Positions 48,742-60,304 of a stretch of DNA of 64,000 bases are shown here, one piece after another; within the stretch, counting starts at the first letter, position 1, and the number at the start of each line of letters is the position of its first letter. The position numbers were made by a program, and so were the translations under genes. The DNA is taken from contig NIVC01000317.1 in NCBI GenBank assembly GCA_002269645.1, positions 186,001 to 250,000 on the forward strand, given 5' to 3'. The DNA comes from Macrostomum lignano. Taxonomy: Eukaryota. The notes under the pieces were generated by a model that saw only the letters and a list, made by a program, of their open reading frames with translations, did not search any database and was not told the origin of the DNA.

Positions 48742-49069
48742 GATTCACGTGAAGTCTTCAGAGATAAAAAAGTGAAGTATGATCTTAAAAATGCTTTTCA
48801 AAGCTGGCCCTTTTATATCCTCATGGCGGAGTGGGGTGGGTGAATGCTAGGAAAGGGTTGGCCAGTATACATTAGCCTCCCCCACTCCAGATGCACAGCA
48901 CTTCACACTGCAGGCACAGTGCTGGGCTGATTTCAATTCAAGCAAGCATATTACAAACATAAAACAGCAGCGGCTCCACCCAATTTCAGTGGCTTTCCCT
49001 GCGACAGAGTGCACCAACGCATTTACATAGGCGCTGTGTTCACACACTAGACAGCGATAGTTCGCATTT

Positions 49070-49488
49070 TTTGCAAAAAAGAAGCTCCAGGCCGAAAGAG
49101 TAAGCAAACAAAAACCTGCGAATTGGCAATTTTTTAAAAGCAAAAATGATTTTGCTCTTCTACTATGCATAAATGATTAAAAAACAGTTGCATTTCTATA
49201 CCATCTCAAAAGTCAGACACAGCCATATACATGCACAGTATACGCGCAGCACCACTATTTATTTTATTCATATGCGCTTCTCGTTTTCTGCTCCTACCGC
49301 TGCTTTATGCTTACATGAAATCCTATACATGTAGTTGCAATGCTCATCCTTCCCCCATACCTGGTACTCAGCGAAGGCTTGTAAGTTTTAGGCGATCAGG
49401 GCTCTAGGAGCCATCTCTCCAGTACGTAAACCAGTGACGGAATTTCCACGGAATTTCCTGCGGCCGTGTTCTGCTAACTCCTACTACG
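49070..49488 (-). repeat. Polinton right terminal inverted repeat
   Basis: Ends CTCCTACTACG (terminal base G instead of T), followed by the TSD. Confidence 0.9.
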
Positions 49489-49494
49489 TATAGC

Positions 49495-49659
49495 GATTCG
49501 CTGCATCTCGACTGTCTAATGACCTTGGGCATGATCGAATGACGTGCAAATCAAGTCGAACTCGCCGGATGTTACTCCTGAAATCTCACCATTCGGCATA
49601 GCTCCGTAGTTAAATAGAGGCAGAACTTCTGCCACTGTAGTGTGCTCTGCGTCAGCCAT
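49495..49659 (-). pseudogene. Crypton copy A, N-terminal part
   Basis: MADAEHTTVAEVLPLFNYGAMPNGEISGVTSGEFDLI resembles MLNYKGIAEKEISGLSSHELQF of copy B; in-frame TAG follows. Confidence 0.5.
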
Positions 49660-49931
49660 GGCGATTTCGTTTGCGTAAATGAAAGATGCAAGCAATCAAA
49701 TCTGCTGTCTTTCTACTCAGCTCTCTTATCCCTTCTGTCTCCCTTTTTATGGGGTCAAAAAACTACAGTGCTTATTAATGTCGATGTGGGCCATAGACTA
49801 AAATTTATTTAAATTTTATTGTAAAAAGTGGGGGCTTTTCTCCCACATCCCCATTATCACTCTCCACACCTCGACTCCTTCCGGCATCAACTAATGCCAT
49901 AGACGAAAGCGCATAGCAATGTTTCTACTGC

Positions 49932-50067
49932 ACTATTTTTGAGTGTTAATGTCATTACCACGCTCGCGCTAAGGGGTGTGGGGGTGGGGCGGCGAGCCCC
50001 CACTAGCCTTACTAATGCCAGGGGTGTGGGGCGCGGCGAGCTAATAACATTAACACTCAAAAATAGT
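49932..50067. mobile_element. 136-bp fold-back / MITE-like element
   Basis: Perfect 21-bp inverted repeats at 49932-49952 and 50047-50067, with further internal complementarity. Confidence 0.55.
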
Positions 50068-50814
50068 ATAAGAATATATCATTGAGAACCAAAATATCGC
50101 AAAATTTCATCCAATAAATTGGAAGAACTTGCGGTGGAATCTCTCGGCGGAGTGACGAATGAAGAGCTTTTGGACTTCTTGAACTTTAGATACGTAAAAT
50201 ACTTCCGATTTTCCGATTTTTCTGAAACTTTTAGAGGGTGTCCAAAATGATAATTAAGAAAAAACTACAAAAAATACCCTCAAAGGTAACTCGAGCTCGA
50301 TTTGTTAATCTATGTTATTAGTGATAATTTGATACAAACAGTTTCGGAGAATTGTTGCGTTTGAAAATGAACTTTTTTAGAATATTAACTTTTAATCGTA
50401 TATATTTCCAAAAATTTGATGAATTTATTCTTGAGCAACATCCAGAGGATTTTAAACAAATGGAGTGTCTATTCTAAGTTTTATTTACTCAATTTGTTAT
50501 AGTGCAGCGACAGTGCCACTTCAGTTTAGTGGTTTTAAAAAATGCTGACTCACGGTTCGGCACCACCCTCACCTACCGCTTTTTTATTTACTTACCTATA
50601 CTAATTTCTACTAATTTGCGTTGCCTCCATTCTGAAGGTATCTACAGCTGCTGATATTAATTAGTTTTGAAGTATAATTTTTTCTCCATGGAGGTGCTCA
50701 TGGACACCTGTGATTGTACCATAGACTATGTGGCTGAGTTATACGAGCGCATGAGCTGCATTGATGAATATGGGCATGGGGGTGTGTGGGGGCAAATGAT
50801 GGGGTGTGTTTCAA

Positions 50815-52641
50815 CCATAGACATAATGATTTAGTGATTATACAGTTCAATTAAAAGAGAAAGAATAAAGAAGCGAAGAGAAGCTAAAAACGAGAGAAAG
50901 AAGTGAGACTGCTGCCGTCATATTCAAGATCGACCATGCTGAACTACAAAGGAATTGCAGAGAAAGAAATTTCTGGTCTCTCATCGCACGAACTTCAATT
51001 CGTGACCATGCTTAGTGTTGGACGGTGCGAGGAAGAAGCTGTTTCTCAGTTCACGGGACTGCCAGTACTTGAGGCGGAAATGATTGATACTTTTCTGGCT
51101 GAAGTATCAAAATGTCCGGCTATGACTGAACAAGACCTGAATGAAATTGCCAAGATGGAGGACATGGGCAAAGTCTGGTCTACTGAGAAGGCAACAGCTA
51201 CGTACGCTGCTCGTTTCCGAAAGTTTCTTGAAATCGAGGACTGCCATCACAACTTGAGACGATACCGACTCGATATTTATGTCAGTATCTGCGCCTGTAC
51301 TTTTCTGTGGTTAAAAAGGATGATGGAACCGCGTACAGTTGCAGTTCTCTGGTATGTATGCGCGCAGGAATCCACCGGTACTTGAAAAATTTACGAGGAT
51401 TGGATATCATCGGCAATGTTGAATTTAGCGCTTTTGAGAAGACTTTCAGGGCTGCTCTTACGTACTCGCTGAAGAAACCAGCTTCAGTGATGGATGGTGA
51501 CGGTGGGTATCGCGCATTAGAGCCTGAAGATTTGGCGTTGTTGCATGCGTATTTTGACCGTAGCTCGCCACAGAAACTGCAACTGGAAGTCTTCTTTCTC
51601 CTGAGCTCGCACTTTGCCTTTCGTGGACGTGAATGGATTCGAGGGCTTGAGAAAAAAGATGTCATTCTGCGGGAATCTACTGTGGGTATGACATGCGTTG
51701 ACTTATCGAAGGAAAAGAAAGAAAAGTATGTGTCCGCCGATGCCCCTCGGTCCAATCGGGAGATTGGGATTTTTCCTGTGCAAGACAAGTCTGGGTGTCC
51801 AGTTGAAGCGATCAAACTGTATCTTTCGAAGCTTCTGTTTCCTATTCTGTTTTCCAAGAATAGCTGTCTGTTTCCCAGGCCTGCCATCAAGTGGCCAAAG
51901 TATTGCCCAAAGGACGTATTGGGCAAGAACTCATTGGCCAACATGATGAAGACGATCTCGAAAGCGGCCAGGCTCTCGCGGGACTGCACTAACCATTCTA
52001 TCCGCGCAACAACCATAACAAGCCTGTCGTCTGCTGGATTCAGTGCCGAAGCGATTCAAACCGTCTCCGGACACAAAAAGGTGGATAGTGTTGTCCGTTA
52101 TACAAAGCGGACAACGGTGCCCCAGAAGTGAGCATTGTCTTCTGCAATCACATGCAATCACATGCCTCTACGTTGAGCGTGGTCAGTCATCAAGCACAAG
52201 AGTCAGTTGCGCTGTGCGAACAGTCATCTAGCGTTCCAACTGCCGTCACAACTATTGGCCAGCCTGATAAATCCGGCCCGACGATCGTCTTGGAGAAAAA
52301 CGGGGCTAAATGTTATGTTTATATGTGAGTGCGAAAAGGACGCTTTGCAAAAGTTGAGTTTGTTCTGGACTCTGACTGCTTTGTTTGATTTGCTTGTTTG
52401 TTTTTGTTCATTTGGTTGAAATACATGAAATGGAAATAATCTATTATCGGCCCGACTTTTTGGGCCAAAATGAAATCGTCTATGGCAATAATCGAATATC
52501 AGCCCGCCCGATAGCCACGTAGTCATGGTACAATGTTACTAATAATGTTTTAATGTAAATTGTTGTTTTGTTTGTCACCGCACAATTTTAAACTTGTAAC
52601 AAAAACATTGAATAAAATAAGACGTGCAGAGTTGTCTATGG
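50815..52641 (+). mobile_element. Crypton-like element (copy B) bounded by CCATAGAC...GTCTATGG
   Basis: Inverted motifs at 50815-50822 and 52634-52641 (alternative pair at 50719 and 52478) enclose the recombinase gene. Confidence 0.55.
50936..52131 (+). CDS. Crypton-type tyrosine recombinase (DUF3504-like), one frameshift at ~51238
   Basis: KKDDGTAYSCSSLVCMRAGIHRYL, HFAFRGRE (R), CPVEAIKLYLSK, LGKNSLANMMK, TNHSIRAT (HxxR), SGHKKVDSVVRY (H, Y). Adding one G at GAGGACTG restores IEGLPSQLETIP...YLRLYF. Confidence 0.85.
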
Positions 52642-53019
52642 CCATGTTAAGCAATGGGGGGTTGTCTGGAAGTGAGGATTAATGGTAATGGCAATAGACA
52701 CAAAGCGGCAATAGCCGCGAGTGTCAATTTGGCCATTACAATGTTTTCTCACTTCCAGATAACTTCACTGGTCAATTTGTCCATTAGGATCCGAGTGGGA
52801 AGGGGGAATGCGGGTGTGGGGGCGAAGCCCCCACTTACAACCATAGATTATTTTATTTTACTCTCATAGACGGCTCATAGATGGAATAGTTACAGTTCAA
52901 GGCAATGACAGAGTCCATAGAACTAATAGGAATGAAATGTCAGTGGTCCAGAACAACTTAGGTCAGGTTTAAAGGCTCTCGTTTAACGCTCAACTAGCAA
53001 ATTTAAATTTCGCTAAAGA

Positions 53020-53501
53020 ATGGAAGACATCCACTTCCTAATCAATTAGCGCAATCTGCCATGCCACGAGCTCGGTAATGTCGATTCTTCTGAATTGAAC
53101 TTCATTTCTGAGTCCTCCACTATCGACAGACATGACGAGTTTGCTTCGTTCCTCAACTTTATTCAAAGTGACCGTTCTGACGAGGAACCGCCTTGTCTAG
53201 ATGAAGAGCAAATGGACATCTCCGAGATTGATCAGATTGAGATTGAAGGTTTGCCAAACAAGACGCGCAAGCAAATGTATTAGCACGGCGAACGGTTTCG
53301 CGATTTCCTCGCGAATGAGAAACTTCGAGAGGCCACAGCTGTACCTACCGAAACGCTTAATCAGTCCTTAAGGTACTATTACTATAAACTCAAGAAGCAA
53401 GATGGAAAGCCTTATTCACCAGCTTCTCTTATCTGCATCAGGGCGGGGATACAGAGGCATCTGCGCATGATTCATAAATTAAAAGTCGATATCATCACTG
53501 A
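53020..53501 (+). pseudogene. Crypton tyrosine recombinase copy C, N-terminal half, truncated by an LTR insertion
   Basis: MEDIHFLIN*...ELGNVDSSELNF...EGLPNKTRKQMY*HGERFRDFL...LRYYYYKLKKQDGKPYSPASLICIRAGIQRHL...DIITD; two nonsense codons. Confidence 0.75.
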
Positions 53502-56500
53502 TGTAGTGATCCGCTAGTTAGTGTTAGGCGTCGCACTATGTCAGCAGTTTCCCTCGCTTTCGCCCTCGCCCTGGGTTGCTGTCTGCCGCAGGTCAGCTTC
53601 CCGCCTCCCTTGTCTGTCTGTTTGCTGCCCTTTTCCCCTTGTTTTGCTTGTTTCATGCGCCTCTGTTCTCAGCCCTCAGCCTCTCTGCTGTGGTTTGTTT
53701 CGGTTTCGTTCCAGTCCCGGTTTCCCCTGTCATGTGAGCAAGTAACATGACAAATCTTGTGTTCTTGGAGTCCTAAAGTGCAGTAAACATGTTTACCGCA
53801 CTCGCTGGTCCTGTTTACGGGGAGAATCACGTGCCTAAGGTCCTTCCCTTCTCTAAGGAGAGAAGTGACTCATGTTTCTAAAAATAGACACTGAGTCACA
53901 GCCTAGTGCACTCTGCCCGGAGACCCCAAGTGACGTCAGTTCTAAAAATAGAACAAGTCACGAGGTCTTGTGCACATTGGGACAGTGGAGAATCCCGCGC
54001 TATAAATAGGACCCCCTCTCCCTTGTTTCCGTCAAGGAGTTTTCCAAGTTTCTGAGAGTCTAAGTTTCCGAGTCTGAGTCACTCGTTCTTTAAGTGTCTG
54101 TCTGAACTGAACGCCCATTCTGCGTACAACTACCTCTCTGCTATTGGTCTGACTGAGACCCTCTAAAGCCAACCCCGAGCCTACGAGAGGCTAACACAGC
54201 CCTCCCATCCACCAAACAAGCCCGGAAGGTACTGCCGACGAGACGCCCTATACGTTAAGCTGCAAATCTGCACGTTGTGCTGACTTCGTTGTCTTCGTTA
54301 TTTCGTTTCGACGGGAAGCTCACCTCACCGAAGGCCGAGACCTGAAGGACTGGTGGCAGCACTACATACGCTACTAAGAGCTAAGAAGGCTTCCGACGAG
54401 AGAAAAGGTTCGAGACTTAGAGACTCTCTAGGACTCTCTTAGACGGGCCGCTAGATGACGGTGTGTTAAACTGAGAGGCAAGCCTGAGTGTAGTGTGGCG
54501 CTGGCAGACCAGTCAGCTGTTACTTGGTGGTCATGTAGGTAAGGCCCCAGCCACCTCAGGATGGTGAAACTATGCTATGTTGAGGCAGAAGCATGGCCGA
54601 AGCCTAGATGACTGTTCAGTAATGGCGGCTGGATGCCGGGGGGCTCCAGTTCGAAAAATGGCTCCACTACTGGGGAAACCTGGTAGAGGGTGAACATTAC
54701 TGATCAGGATTCCGGGCTAAAGCTTTGCTTCTATTGCGGATGATTGTGAGGATTGTTCTGCCTTCGGATTGGGTGGCACCCCGCACCCGGTTCGGTCTGG
54801 TGGTTCGATTCTCACTGGAGGGATCCTTGCTCCGTAGGTACGCCCTTGGAGTAGGGGGAACTTCGATCGAATTGAAACACGGATCAGCATCGGGCCTGCA
54901 CGCGCTATGGTTGGGTGCGGCTCGAACTTTAACATACTTTCATTTTGTCGGTCTCCGCTCAGGCGGGTCCGGATTTCGATTCGGATGTTGATGATCGCAG
55001 GGCAAAGGCGCGATGGCAGAGCTGGCTCGTCTTGGCGACGCCGGAGTGCTAATCCCTGTCTGACAGTGTTGGTGCCTCTAAGTGGCGAGAGTCGGGCAAC
55101 GGTACGATCGAGTGCGATGTATATCTTAATTATTTATTGTTCCTTATATTTTCTGATTTCATTTTATTAATTTTTTCAACAATAATTTTTAATTTTCGGT
55201 AATTGTTACCTTTATATTTCTCATTATTGTTTTTATGACCTACATCGTATTCGGGCGTACCGGCTGAATCTCACTGTCTAAGCAGCTAGTTCTGGGTTAG
55301 CTCCCCGGTTCTGGCTTTGTGTCATCCACAGGCTCCTAAGACTACTAAGAAAAATTCGAACTCGGCCACTGCCGAGTCGCAGGGTGACACCTGCACCTCC
55401 CCGAAAGGGGGTCAGGGTGCCAGTTGGAGCTGTCCGGATTGTGAGAGAGTGTTTTCGACCAAGACGGGGCTTGGAGTCCACCGCAGGGTTCGGCACCCGA
55501 GTAGCTTTCATCAGCAGAAGTGTGAGGAAGTTGAGAAGCAGAGTAAGAGACGTTGGACAGATGAGGAGAAGCATATCCTAGCTAGAGCTGAGGCAGGGTT
55601 TAGCGGAGCCGAGGCAGGAATTAACGACTTACTAGTAGCAGCAAATATTCTTCCGGGGAGGACTAAGGAGAGTATTAAGGGGGCCAGAAAGGCGGCAGCT
55701 TATAAGCTTTTAGAGAGGAGCGTAGTACCGAGCTTGTGGGTCAGGGAGGCAGTGCTGTAACTAGGGACGTGGAGGAGAGTGCAGCTACAAGGAATAACGT
55801 TGGCAGTGAGAGTAGCAAGGAGAATGAGTCCAAACCGGATTTAACAACAAAACCCCAAAAAACTAATATAAAAAGCAGAAAAAACCCAAAAAAGATGATA
55901 CAGTAGACAGTGCAGGTCCGTCCTCCTCCATGGGGTCCGGGGCTTGCTCTCCAGGGTTGGCAGGTATCCCGGAAGTTGGGTCCGAGTTGAATAAGGCAGA
56001 GGTAGAGGCTCGTAGAGGTATTAATAGGAAAGCTGTTGAGTGGGTTCTTGAGATCGAGCCGGTGAAGAGTTTTGAGAAGCAGTGCAGTGAGATTAGATCA
56101 GCGATCGCAGATGAGAAGTGGGTTGAGTGTAGTGAGCTTGTTGAGGCATGTTTCCTTAGCTATTGTGAGGAGAAGAAGAGCAACGCCAAGAGGCCAGTTA
56201 GAAAGAAGGCTGTCAAGAGAGAGCTTAAGAACAGAGAGAAGCGGAGAAGAGTTTATGGTGAGATGCAGAGAATCTATAGTAAAGATAGAAAGAAAGCAGC
56301 GGCTGCGGTCTTTAGTGGCGCGTGGAGGCTGTGGAGTGAGCCTAGAGAGGAGAATAAGCAGTTCGAAGAACGGAAGATGGAGTATTGGAAGGGAGTTCTG
56401 AGTAGGGAGTCTGACCCGGATGGCCGTCCGGTTAAGCCTCTGTGGGAGCCAGTTGTAGAGATCGAAGAGCCGGTTAGTTTAGCCGAGTGCAAGAAAGCGC

Positions 56501-58927
56501 TGAGAGATCTTAAGCAGACAGCATCGGGGCCAGATGGCGTTAGTTGGAACAGTGTGAAGGGCATGGGTCCAGGTTGGCTTCAGTACCTTTTCAATTCCAT
56601 CTTGGCGTGCGGGTATCCTACAAAATCCTTTAAAAATTTGCGCACAGTGCTGATTCCAAAGACCGAAAAATCTAGCGACCCGGGGGAGTTTAGGCCCTTA
56701 GCGATTGCGAGTGTCTTTGGCAGAGTTTTCCATAGAATTCTAGCTAGCAGGTTGGGAGTCTGGGCGCCGTTAGGAGCGAGTCAGCGAGCCTTTCAGGTTG
56801 GGATCGATGGGGTCTCTATGAACCACCTCATCTTGGAGGCAGCTCTAGCGGCGGCTAGAAGGGGAGATAGTGAGCTCTACCTAGCTTGGTTAGACCTTAG
56901 AAAGGCACTTGACTCGGTGAACCATCAATCTTTGCTTCGAGCAGCTCGTCGTGCAGGATTGCCTGAGTCCACCTTGGGCTACTTGGGTAACCTGTATGAC
57001 GGGGCGGTCACCGAGTTGAATGGGGTTGCTATTAAGATTAGTAGGGGGGTAAAGCAGGGGGATCCTCTATCACCAATTCTCTTCTGCTATCTGATAGATG
57101 AGTTAATTGATAACCTAGATAGCGGTATTGGGTTCCCGTTGGCGGGGCATCGAGTCAACGCGGCAGCCTTTGCCGACGATTTGGCTATCCTGTCTAGGTC
57201 TAAAGCCGGATTGCAAGCACTCTTGGCAAGCTTGGCTGACTCACTTCTTCCCACTGGGCTTGAGGTGAACCCTGCTAAGTGTTCCACGCTTGCTATCGTT
57301 TGGGACGGGAAGAATAAGCGGTGGCTGCATGATGCCACGGGGCAATTTAAGTTTAGGGGTCTACCCTGCCAGCACTTGGTGTTGAAGAGTCGTATAAGTA
57401 TTTAGGATTACAGTATGGTTCGAAGGGCAATTTAAAGACTGGGCTGGAGATGCTTAAGAGTATGCTCAGGGAATTGAAGGAGGCGCCGTTGAAACCGCAG
57501 CAGCGAGTGTTCCTGCTCAGAAGCAATGTTCTACCTAAGATAATGTATTATCTAGTTAACGGACGCGTACACCAGTACACTCTTCGCGAGTGTGACAAGT
57601 GTGTTCGTCGATTCCTTAGGGAGGCTCTCCATCTGCCGCACGACACTCCAGTGTCTGCCTTTCATGCGTGTGCGAAGGATGGAGGCCTCGACATCGACTA
57701 TTTTGAGTCGCTTGTTCCAATGTATAAATGGCAGAAGTTGGTGAGCCTCGAAGAGGTTCCGGACGCATTGGTCCGTGACTTGTCCCAGCTACCTGCCATT
57801 CGCAAGAGGTTTCAACTGAAAGGTGCGCAAACCAATTTTAACGACAGAGCTGAATACCGAGTGTTCTGGAAGAACAAGTTGCTGGATAATCTCGACGGTT
57901 TTGGCTTAGGTGAAGCAGCGGACGTTCCTCAAGTCCACTTTTGGGTGACGGATGGTTCGTCCCCGCTCACAGGTGAAATGTACATCAAATGTCTTAAGAC
58001 TAGGTGGAATATTTGGCCGACTGCAGCTCGTGCGTCCAGAGGTAGGAGGCAGGCTCCTCTTTGTGATGCGGGCTGCAGGCAAATTGAAGGGTTGGGACAT
58101 ATTCTGCAGCAGTGCAACAGGACCTGGGATAAGAGAGGGGCTAGGCATGATAGAATGGTAGAGTTCGTTGGGAGTCAGTTGGAGCGGCTAGGGTTCAGCG
58201 TTCTGAAGGAGAAGTCTTTTGCGACTCCTAGGGGGCATAGACGGCCTGATTTAATCATATTTAATAAGGATAGGGTTTGGATTGCTGACGTTACGATCTG
58301 TGCAGACAGAGGAGCGGGGCATATGGCTCTCGCTAGGGACAATAAAATTTAATACTATTCAGATGAAGGTCTTGCGACCGAGGTCGCGAAGGTGGCGGGC
58401 CCAGGTGCCCAGAGTGTTGTTGGCTTGGTATGGAACTGGAGGGGCTGTTGCGAAAAGAGGACCGATGAATGGCTTAAGAAGATGGGCGTGCCGATTGAGT
58501 CTAGGAGGCTGGCTTCGGTCAGAGTGCTTGAAGGCTCGGTCTGGTGCGCGGAAGTTTTTAGTAAGAGGACTGGGATTAATTTCGCGCAGGTTGGTGGTCG
58601 CAATCGGAGCGAGTAATTGTCGTGTTGGTGGCTCCGGCGTTCGGTAACGTCCGGACCAGCTTCAGGCATCCGCCCGGCAGTCCCAGCTGGTCCCATGTTT
58701 ATGACGCTGCTCTATATAAAGAGTTGGCCGACTTGACCACCTGGACGGGGGGTTGTACCGGTTTTCCAGCGGTTTCCACGCCATAAAACCAGCTAATATT
58801 CTACCCGGATGATGGGCCAGTATAGGCTCGGGCAGTAGCCCAATGCTTCTTCGCGAAACCTTCGGGACAGCACTTCAAAATAAACTTAAGTGCCTAAACC
58901 GGGAAGCGAACAGTGATTTCTACTTCA
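53502..58927 (+). repeat. 5' LTR (~1.03 kb: 53502-54441 plus 58836-58927) split by the R2 insertion
   Basis: TG...CA ends, TATAAATA at 54001, AATAAA at 58879. The internal split points are inferred. Confidence 0.5.
54442..58835 (+). mobile_element. R2-clade non-LTR retrotransposon (ZF-Myb, RT, CCHC, restriction-like endonuclease), disrupted
   Basis: 55317-55760: CPDCERVFSTKTGLGVHRRVRH plus RRWTDEE Myb. 55930-57405: RT (RPLAIAS, QRAF, LDLRKALDSVNH, GVKQGDPLSP, FADDL). Frameshift at ~57365. 57450-58616: CDAGCRQIEGLGHILQQC, RHDRMV, RPDLII, IADVTI, with TAA at 58350. Element ends are inferred. Confidence 0.85.
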
Positions 58928-58928
58928 T

Positions 58929-58946
58929 TGGTGGCAGCGGTAGAAT
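58929..58946 (+). other. Primer-binding site complementary to the tRNA-Leu 3' end
   Basis: TGGTGGCAGCGGTAGAAT, one base after the LTR-terminal CA; the first 13 nt match the recalled reverse complement of the metazoan tRNA-Leu(AAG) 3' end. Confidence 0.75.
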
Positions 58947-59230
58947 CCGACTACGACACACCCAAGCCAACTGCTCTTTCGAGAACGACATCAGCCAGCG
59001 ACTACGACGAGTTCAACATGTTCAACAAGCGAGACGAGAGCCGGTGCAGCAGCCGGCTGGATTAGAACATTAGCAGTTCGAGGCCTGCGGCAGCAGATGC
59101 CCCCGCGGCAGCAGCAGCGATCAACGACCTTGGTCATCAGCCAACGCCGGGGCGAGGTGCGAGAAGCGACGTGTCCGACGACCCTCCAGACGAGCTTCTG
59201 TAAGGCCTGGACAACATCGGCCGGAACATC

Positions 59231-60055
59231 ATGCACCAGGACGCGAGGACCATGATGGCAGCTCCGCAGCAGCAGATGGAGCGGCCCGTGAGTAAACAAG
59301 TTAAGATTGTTAAATTTACTCCAAGACAGGAAATTCATGTCTGGCTTGCCGCGTTCGAGCAGCGTTGCGAGATGGAGCGCATCGTCGACCCGTTCGAGAT
59401 TAAGCAACACCACATCGCGAGTCTTGCTTTGGCTACTGCATATCCTTCCTTGCTTGGTATGAATCTTCCACGTTTCGCCAGCTATGAAGAGGTTAAGCAG
59501 CGTCTGATTGAGCGATTTGCCCGTCATGGTGGTGCTGATGAGTATTGAGAACTGTTGCGATGTCGTCAACAAGATAAGAATGAGTCAGCAGAAGAGTTTT
59601 CTGACTCCCTGAGAACGCTTGGTGATCGTGCGTACCCTCGAATGCACCCTGAAGATCGCGAGAAGGAGATTGCCGATCAATTTCTTGCTGGTATCCGGAC
59701 GACTCCAGACTTGCGTGAACGGCTGTACTGGGTTCGCCCAAATAATCTTCTTGCTGCGATTCGAGAGTTGCGACGACTAGAAGGCGCCAAAGAATTGGCG
59801 CAGCGAACCGCTCAACCCCTGGTTCAGATGTTGGACGGGGAGCAGGACGACGACCTGAAGCCCGACGTCACCACCCAAGCCTTGCAGACCTTAACCGACT
59901 TGATTGAGAAGCAGCAGCGACTGCTTGACCACCTGGTGCAGCGTGACCAACAGCAGACAGCCAGCCCGCCACAGAGCTGTGATCTGCTATGGCTCGGACA
60001 GCCCGGTCACCGCAGTGCACAATGCCAGTTTCGCCAGAACCAGGGAAACGGCTAG
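59231..60055 (+). pseudogene. Gypsy gag (in-frame stop at 59546, frameshifted CCHC knuckle at ~59990)
   Basis: EIHVWLAAFEQRC, YEEVKQRLIERF, QDKNESAEEFSDSLRTL, DQFLAGI; knuckle ICYG(C)GQPGHRSAQC. Confidence 0.75.
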
Positions 60056-60304
60056 CCGGAGAACGACAACGGCACCGCCCTCCGAGAGGTCCAAGCACAG
60101 GCTACTTGGCAGACTCCGAGAGGTCACCAGAAGAGAATGTCGGCTGTGCAGGCGCCCTTGCAGGATTCCCAGTCCGACAGTCGCTCGTCAGTAAGTGACG
60201 CGGAGTGCGGAGGTTTCGTGGACACCTCCCAGAATCAAAAAATCCATGCGCGCGAGGCCGATCCGTACGTCACAGGTCGAGTAGCAAGTTGAGAAGTCCC
60301 TTTC

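Larger units (their letters stand above)
35992..49488. mobile_element. Non-autonomous (minimal) Polinton/Maverick, 13,497 bp
   Basis: TIRs 35992-36421 and 49070-49488 begin AGTAGTAGGAG; TSD TATAGC at 35986-35991 and 49489-49494; contains a Polinton-type integrase. Confidence 0.9.

Noticed and set aside
48847-49170. 107-aa minus-strand ORF
   Set aside because: It begins inside the TIR and has no recognisable features.
54523-54540. Second primer-binding site (TGGTGGTCATGTAGG)
   Set aside because: It is not preceded by a CA LTR end and has no recognisable tRNA complement; the tRNA-Leu PBS at 58929 fits much better.
54442-55316. HDV-like ribozyme in the R2 5' UTR
   Set aside because: Several GCTAA-containing candidates were tried, but no complete P1/P1.1/P2/P3/P4 fold could be built by eye; a covariance search is needed.
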